DNA of 63,280 nucleotides, filler included, from Sphacelaria rigidula (Eukaryota): NCBI GenBank assembly GCA_964200075.2. It is 2 parts of 2 records of this genome, joined end to end, with 100 filler letters (N's around TTAATTAATTAA, not from the genome) between each part and the next. Parts side by side here need not be neighbours in the genome. Positions count along the whole stretch, not along the records: positions 31,752 to 63,280 come from CAXNAA020000048.1; 1 more part is not named here. One strand, 5' to 3'. Shown piece by piece: positions 58,701 to 63,280 of this stretch (position 1 is its first letter; each line of letters starts with the position of its first letter). The notes under the pieces were generated by a model. It saw only the letters and a program-made list of their open reading frames with translations, ran no database searches and was not told where the DNA came from. The position numbers and the translations under genes were made by a program.

Positions 58701-61700
58701 ATCGTTCTCAACAGTACACAGTCTAGCGAGACGCGGGCAGATATGTACACAGCATTAGCAAAGATTTTTGACAGTACACCGGCGTAGGGTTGGCGTAAGC
58801 TCGAAGCGCTCGCCACGATGTCTTGTCGGACTACAGAGAATATGGGAACCTCGGCAGCGTCCCCTTTCCTTTTGGTGTGGGAACCTTGCCTGGCAGAGTG
58901 GAGTGGGTTATGGCATCTAATAGTGTGATACTTATCTACTGCGTAGCTACCAAATCTAACCTTAATAGTCTCCTGAGTTATGATCTTCTGCATCATTTGG
59001 GAAAGGCTTTACAAACTTGACAGATATCTGGCCATGTCCGGAGTAGTCGTTTCAAACTTGACGGATATACACCAACGCGTGGAGATGTCCTGAGCCATCT
59101 TCGATGAGTATTACTGCAAATAGTTTTTCTCAGGGCACCGCAATGGCACCTTGCGTGCACGTACAAGTCCAAGATGATATACTCTTTCCCCCGATGATTC
59201 ATTGTAAGAACTACTCAGCCGTTGGCTCAGTGACATGCTACACACAGTTTAACATTCTCCAGTAATGCAGGAATACTGTGATGCTAACTCATTTTAAAGT
59301 GGGGGTCCTACTCGCGTCGATATGTAACCAGGTGGAGCTGACATACGGATCTCGGGTTCTGGGACCAAGCTCCATCGGTGCACCCGAGTACATCGGAAGT
59401 GGTGCCTATCGTGTCAGCTACGTCGCTTTAAAGGTTAGTGCCGGTGCGGTGCCATACGCCCAAAAACGTTTGCTGGCTACAATCACATGCGAGAGTAGAA
59501 GTAACAGTAACCGTGAACACTAACGGCGATTTTGATGCGGCGGCACACATCGCAGTTCCTACTTAGCATCCGTATTACACCCTCACGCTCCCGTCAGTTT
59601 CCGCGATGCGTGCTTGCGTTCAGCAAAAACTCGATGTCCAGCCTGTTTGGTATCTAAAATGAGATTAGCCCGCCTCGTTTCCCACAAATTCCGCTGACTA
59701 CGTCGTACTACTGTCAAACACGACTGCCCTGATATCCATTTTGTCTTTCCTTCAGTAATTTTACGTCAAATATCTAGTGGTATGTACCGTCGGGATATTC
59801 AACTCCGCATTGCACGACCTCGTCTTGATAAAATTACAGGCTGGGAACTACAGTCTGTCAGTGAAGACTGCGGCAGGAGCGCACATCTACTGCGGGCTTC
59901 CCCAGGAGGATGCCTGTTCGCCGTTCACGGTGAGGGACACATACAGTGTGGGCCAGTTTTCTTTTAAAAGTAGTTTTTTTTCTGGCATGTCTCAACATTC
60001 TGCCGCAGAATCAGGTGGCGAGAGAGACAGTTGTGGTTACTGTTGTATCGAAGTACGCAATTTCCTACAGAGAGACAGGTTGAGCGCATGCTGGCTTCTG
60101 ACGCGCAGTTTTGAGAAAGGTCGAAAGTATGATATCTGGGTTTCATTGCCATAAATCGAATTTTTGATGATGGAAACGGTCCCCAGCATAGGTAGCATTT
60201 GCTGTAGGCCTTGCAACATTGCTCGGTACATATGACCTGGTCTAGGACCGAGCCTCCACTGCTGTTGCGAGACTTGAGCTCAGCGTCGACAAAATCCGCA
60301 AGCGAAGGCAACGTTCACCCAAACTGGAAACGATCCGGCCATCAACGTTCATAGGCTCGACTCCCTGTAACTCAACCCCGGTAGAGAGACAGCCCGCTAA
60401 GCAGCACCTGTACCATGGCTTCAGCATGAAGCATGCTTTCGAAGGAAAAGGAGTCTGACGTTCATTTGGGCGCCTCTAGGATCAGCATCTTCTGCGGTAC
60501 ACCTTTGTTGCCCTTCACTACAAATTCCTATGTCTATTGAATGCCCTACAGGTGGTCGTTGCGCCGGGTCCCACGACGGCATCCTCGTCAGAGGCTGAAG
60601 GTACTGCGTCCCCTTCTATGGACTCCCTTGTCGAAGCTGTGGCCGGCATGACAGGATACTTCAGCATACAGGTACACTAGGTGGACCTATATTGGAGAAC
60701 CAAAATATTGCGTAGATCCTATATTAGTTGCTTTCAGTTGCGCGATAAGTCTTGTTAGCGGATTTTAGCGTGGGGTCGTCATTCCTCCAATACTTAGTGG
60801 GCCTACATACGGTCTACCGTCGCCACTTGTCACCAATATAATCCCATACGATCTGACATGCTGCACGAGTACGATATTCTCTGGGTACTAGGGTATTTGA
60901 TACGGTGGCCCGCGCCCGTGAGCAGTACCGATATCAAAGATTAGGATTGCACCACCGGGCTACCTGGTTTAACGCAACTTGCTTGAAGCTCAGTCTTTCG
61001 AGCTTCGTTTGTCCATCACTTCCGGGTTACGGTGGACAGCAAACCGAGGTCGAGTTGTCACCGCTGTATCGACGGGACGCTCCCCACACCCTATCTTCCG
61101 AGTCACTCACTATTGTAGCACGCGAGGGCATTGGCCCCGGCTGCGGCACGTGAACAACCTGTAGCCCGGATTCCATCGTGGAATGAGCGTTGCACTTGGT
61201 CAATTAGCACAACTGTTTCTGCTATATAGGATCATAATTGAGGCGCGCTAGAATGTAGAGGAGCAGGCGGTCAAGTAGCACTGAATGCCACCCATCCACC
61301 CCTCTCCTTGACGCCGTATTGTTCACGATTCAGGCGAAAGACGCATTCGGTAACAATCGGCTGCAAGGGGGAGACAACGTAGCTGTGCACGCTGTGCTGT
61401 CGACTTTCAATTCATCACCTTCCGCTGCTACCGTCACATATCGTGGAGCTGTGGTGGACAACGAAGATGGGACTTATCTCGCTGTGTACACTGTGCCGCG
61501 CTCCGGGTACATGTTATACATTGACAGTCATAATGATAGCCTTCAGAAACGGTAGTGAGGTCACCACATTAAAAATCACATGATCAAAAGGTTTCTCATC
61601 AAGCTGAAAGAAAAGAACAAGAAATTGAATATTGAAGTGGCATCTACACTCAATATCTTGCCGTGAAAGCACGTACGCATTCGTTTGTTTTGAACAAGCG

Positions 61701-62671
61701 GTAACGAGCTGCGTTGTTCAAGACGGGGTGTGTCCCATATTGCATAAAATTGGGTATGCTCCTTCACACCCGCTACGGCGACCTCGTGGTTGGTTAGTGT
61801 TGCAGCGATCTGCGCCAAGATAGCCAACAACACAGCTTCTCTCACATGTTGTGCAAATTATGATGCTATTCCCCCCGCCAAATATAGGAACCACATTCGC
61901 TGACGTGTGTCGTTCGTTGATGTATTCCGCGAATATATTTTCAGGCAATACACGATGCGAGTCACCGTCGGAAGCGAGCCTGTGCAGCACTGCACACCCC
62001 CACTATCCAACACCTCCGTGCTGACCCGGGAGTACGATGGGATCAATGTCTACTCGCCACCGTCCATTTGCTCTCTCGACTACCCTACCTTGAACGTGGT
62101 ACATGGCGATCTGCACGAGTCGAGCTGCACGGCAGAAGAGGTAAGTAGTTGAATGATACAAAAGGGGCGGGAGAGAAATAAAAAACTGTTCGCCTTAGCG
62201 TGTTGTTGGAGCTGCGCACCAGGAGGCAACGCCTCATCATTTCCGGTGTCGCTTGAAGAAAACAATCGAGGTACTTGCGATAGGGGGAACTGAGAATACA
62301 TCCGCAGTTCAATCTGATTTCCTGAGAACTCCGCTGTGACGACATGATGTTCTAGTGTACCATCCATCCCTGCATCATTGATACTCCTCAAAGAGTCTAT
62401 CCCTTTCCTTCTGGCAACAGTTCACCCGAAACACTGTGTACGACGTACTGTAGTGCAATAGCGTTGGCGAGGAGTAAGATCAACAGTGCTTCTGACAGGG
62501 ACGCGATGGAGCTGGTTTTATATCCAGGGGATGTTCTGAAATGAATGTCTCCTTCCGCCGCCCCTACCATTGAATGTTTAAGATCGGAGACGATACAGGG
62601 TTGTCGGCAGCTGTGGTAGGGGAGAGGGCCAGCTTTTCTGTGATATCCAGGGATGCTTTCGGGAACATCAG
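32410..62671 (+). CDS. Giant multidomain protein (FN3, filamin-like Ig repeats, PA14, EVQ/WxVTF repeats), partial at both ends, likely secreted or cell-surface
   Basis: 35 exons with consistent phases, 4646 nt: 32410-32550, 33053-33164, 33829-33959, 35019-35087, 35538-35623, 36282-36424, 36750-36973, 38138-38291, 38863-38999, 39930-40076, 40513-40668, 41831-41983, 43351-43462, 44020-44161, 44692-44785, 45176-45271, 46545-46702, 49453-49570, 50378-50527, 50902-51048, 52415-52494, 53859-54137, 54829-54910, 55716-55838, 56281-56379, 56536-56710, 57276-57385, 57855-58052, 58431-58490, 59332-59433, 59840-59929, 60552-60671, 61334-61506, 61945-62140, 62583-62671. Motifs: WSAPMDNGGSEILSY and GLSEGELYTFYVQAVNAYG (FN3); F.IQAKDAFGN and DNEDGTYLAVY (filamin). 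Many N-x-S/T sequons. Confidence 0.9.
35759..36057 (+). mobile_element. tRNA-derived SINE-like element
   Basis: A box TGGTCTAATGG, B box GAGTTCGATCCC; body and AAGGGGAGGGG end homologous to 4151-4465. Confidence 0.65.
43625..43656. repeat. Interstitial telomere-like (CCCTAA)n
   Basis: CTAACCCTAACCCGAACCCTAGCCCTAACCCT. Confidence 0.65.
52554..52752. mobile_element. hAT-type MITE, family B-related, older copy
   Basis: Ends CAAGGGGGTGCTGGGCAGGG and CCCTATCCAACACACCTTG; flanks GATATTTG and GATGTTTG (7/8 match). Confidence 0.75.
53598..53736 (+). pseudogene. Decayed duplicate of adjacent exon sequence
   Basis: Translates FSWTVT-TEEL*ELELVA-YSYPLQAQAITT*G versus the functional FEWWVTFTGELGDLELISTYPYSWEVQLITTYG. 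Confidence 0.55.
55664..55699. repeat. (CT)n microsatellite in a splice-acceptor pyrimidine tract
   Basis: Ends 16 nt before exon 55716. Confidence 0.95.
56281..57920 (+). CDS. PA14 domain exons of the giant protein
   Basis: GGLSATYWDNQWL...RVDPEVKFYWG...DYVSAQWVGKL...TFTVYLRADDAARLYIDHELIIDTW...FHDLLLEYKEETGAASIQLMWSS...IIPASALF, the PA14 pattern including the DD dipeptide. Confidence 0.88.
57960..62671 (+). CDS. Tandem filamin/ABP280-like Ig repeats of the giant protein
   Basis: Three repeats: GEGVSQATAGIPASFVIQAKDAWGN...Y.VSY...AGNYSLSV...SPFTV; AVAGMTGYFSIQAKDAFGN...DNEDGTYLAVYTVPRSGQYTMRV; GLSAAVVGERASFSVISRDAFGN. Confidence 0.85.
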
Positions 62672-63280
62672 GTGGGCAGTGTCGGCAATCTTATCATACC
62701 AACGAAGGTGCCATCGTAGATTCCGATTATATATTCCTATCATAATAGGATACATATAATAATACGTGCAATTAAATGTACATGTACTCTAGGCATGTAT
62801 ATGTCCTACTTTCAACCTGTCAGCCTCAGGGCGAGTCCGCTGTTCAAGCGCCCAGGCCATATCTCCCGCGCGGTATGTGCTCCGCAACTCACTTCTGAGC
62901 CTGTATCAGCACTTCCGCACCCCATCGACTACAATTGTGTTCTCTGGCTAATTCATGTTCTCACGTTTCCGGGCGATAATGTTCCCCTGAACAAGCGACA
63001 GGGTATATGTACTTTTCCAAAGATAAACCCCGTACATCCAACGATAAACCCCGTACATGATGGATAAATCTAAACTCTCGCTGTGTAGATGGTTGAGCAC
63101 TTTGATTTTCCACCAAGACAGTTCCGACATGGTCAAACGGACACATCGGAAATGTTCGCTGAATCGTTGCCCCCCCTCAAAAATGCTCCGTCTCGAAAGG
63201 GATGCGTGGTCAATGGTCAAATGACTAAGGCAAGCAACAAATGAGTAGACAAAGACCACGCCAACCCCACAGAACCACGA

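Overview
Eukaryotic, intron-rich genomic DNA, most likely a brown alga or close stramenopile relative (inferred from short exons, kb-scale repeat-filled introns and gene content). Almost all ORFs in the six-frame track are spurious; the genes were rebuilt by hand from GT/AG boundaries and codon phase. The window holds three partial genes. (1) A minus-strand kinesin, 8 exons, 21921 to 755, running off the left edge, with a ~110-aa low-complexity insert in the motor and an 8-kb intron containing Ty3/Gypsy debris. (2) A divergently transcribed RUVBL1/pontin, 8 exons, 23145-29288, cut off before Walker B. (3) After an artificial N44-TTAATTAATTAA-N44 spacer at 31652-31751, 35 phase-consistent exons (~1550 aa, open at both ends) of a giant, probably extracellular protein built from FN3, filamin-like Ig, PA14 and an 'EVQ...WxVTF...GD' repeat. 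The most striking signal is the nested architecture of this protein: domains appear inserted inside other domains up to three levels deep, predicting a branched rather than linear molecule. Introns carry several MITE families with intact TIRs and target-site duplications (TSDs), tRNA-derived SINEs, a poly(C)-tailed short repeat family, minisatellites and a decayed duplicate exon.
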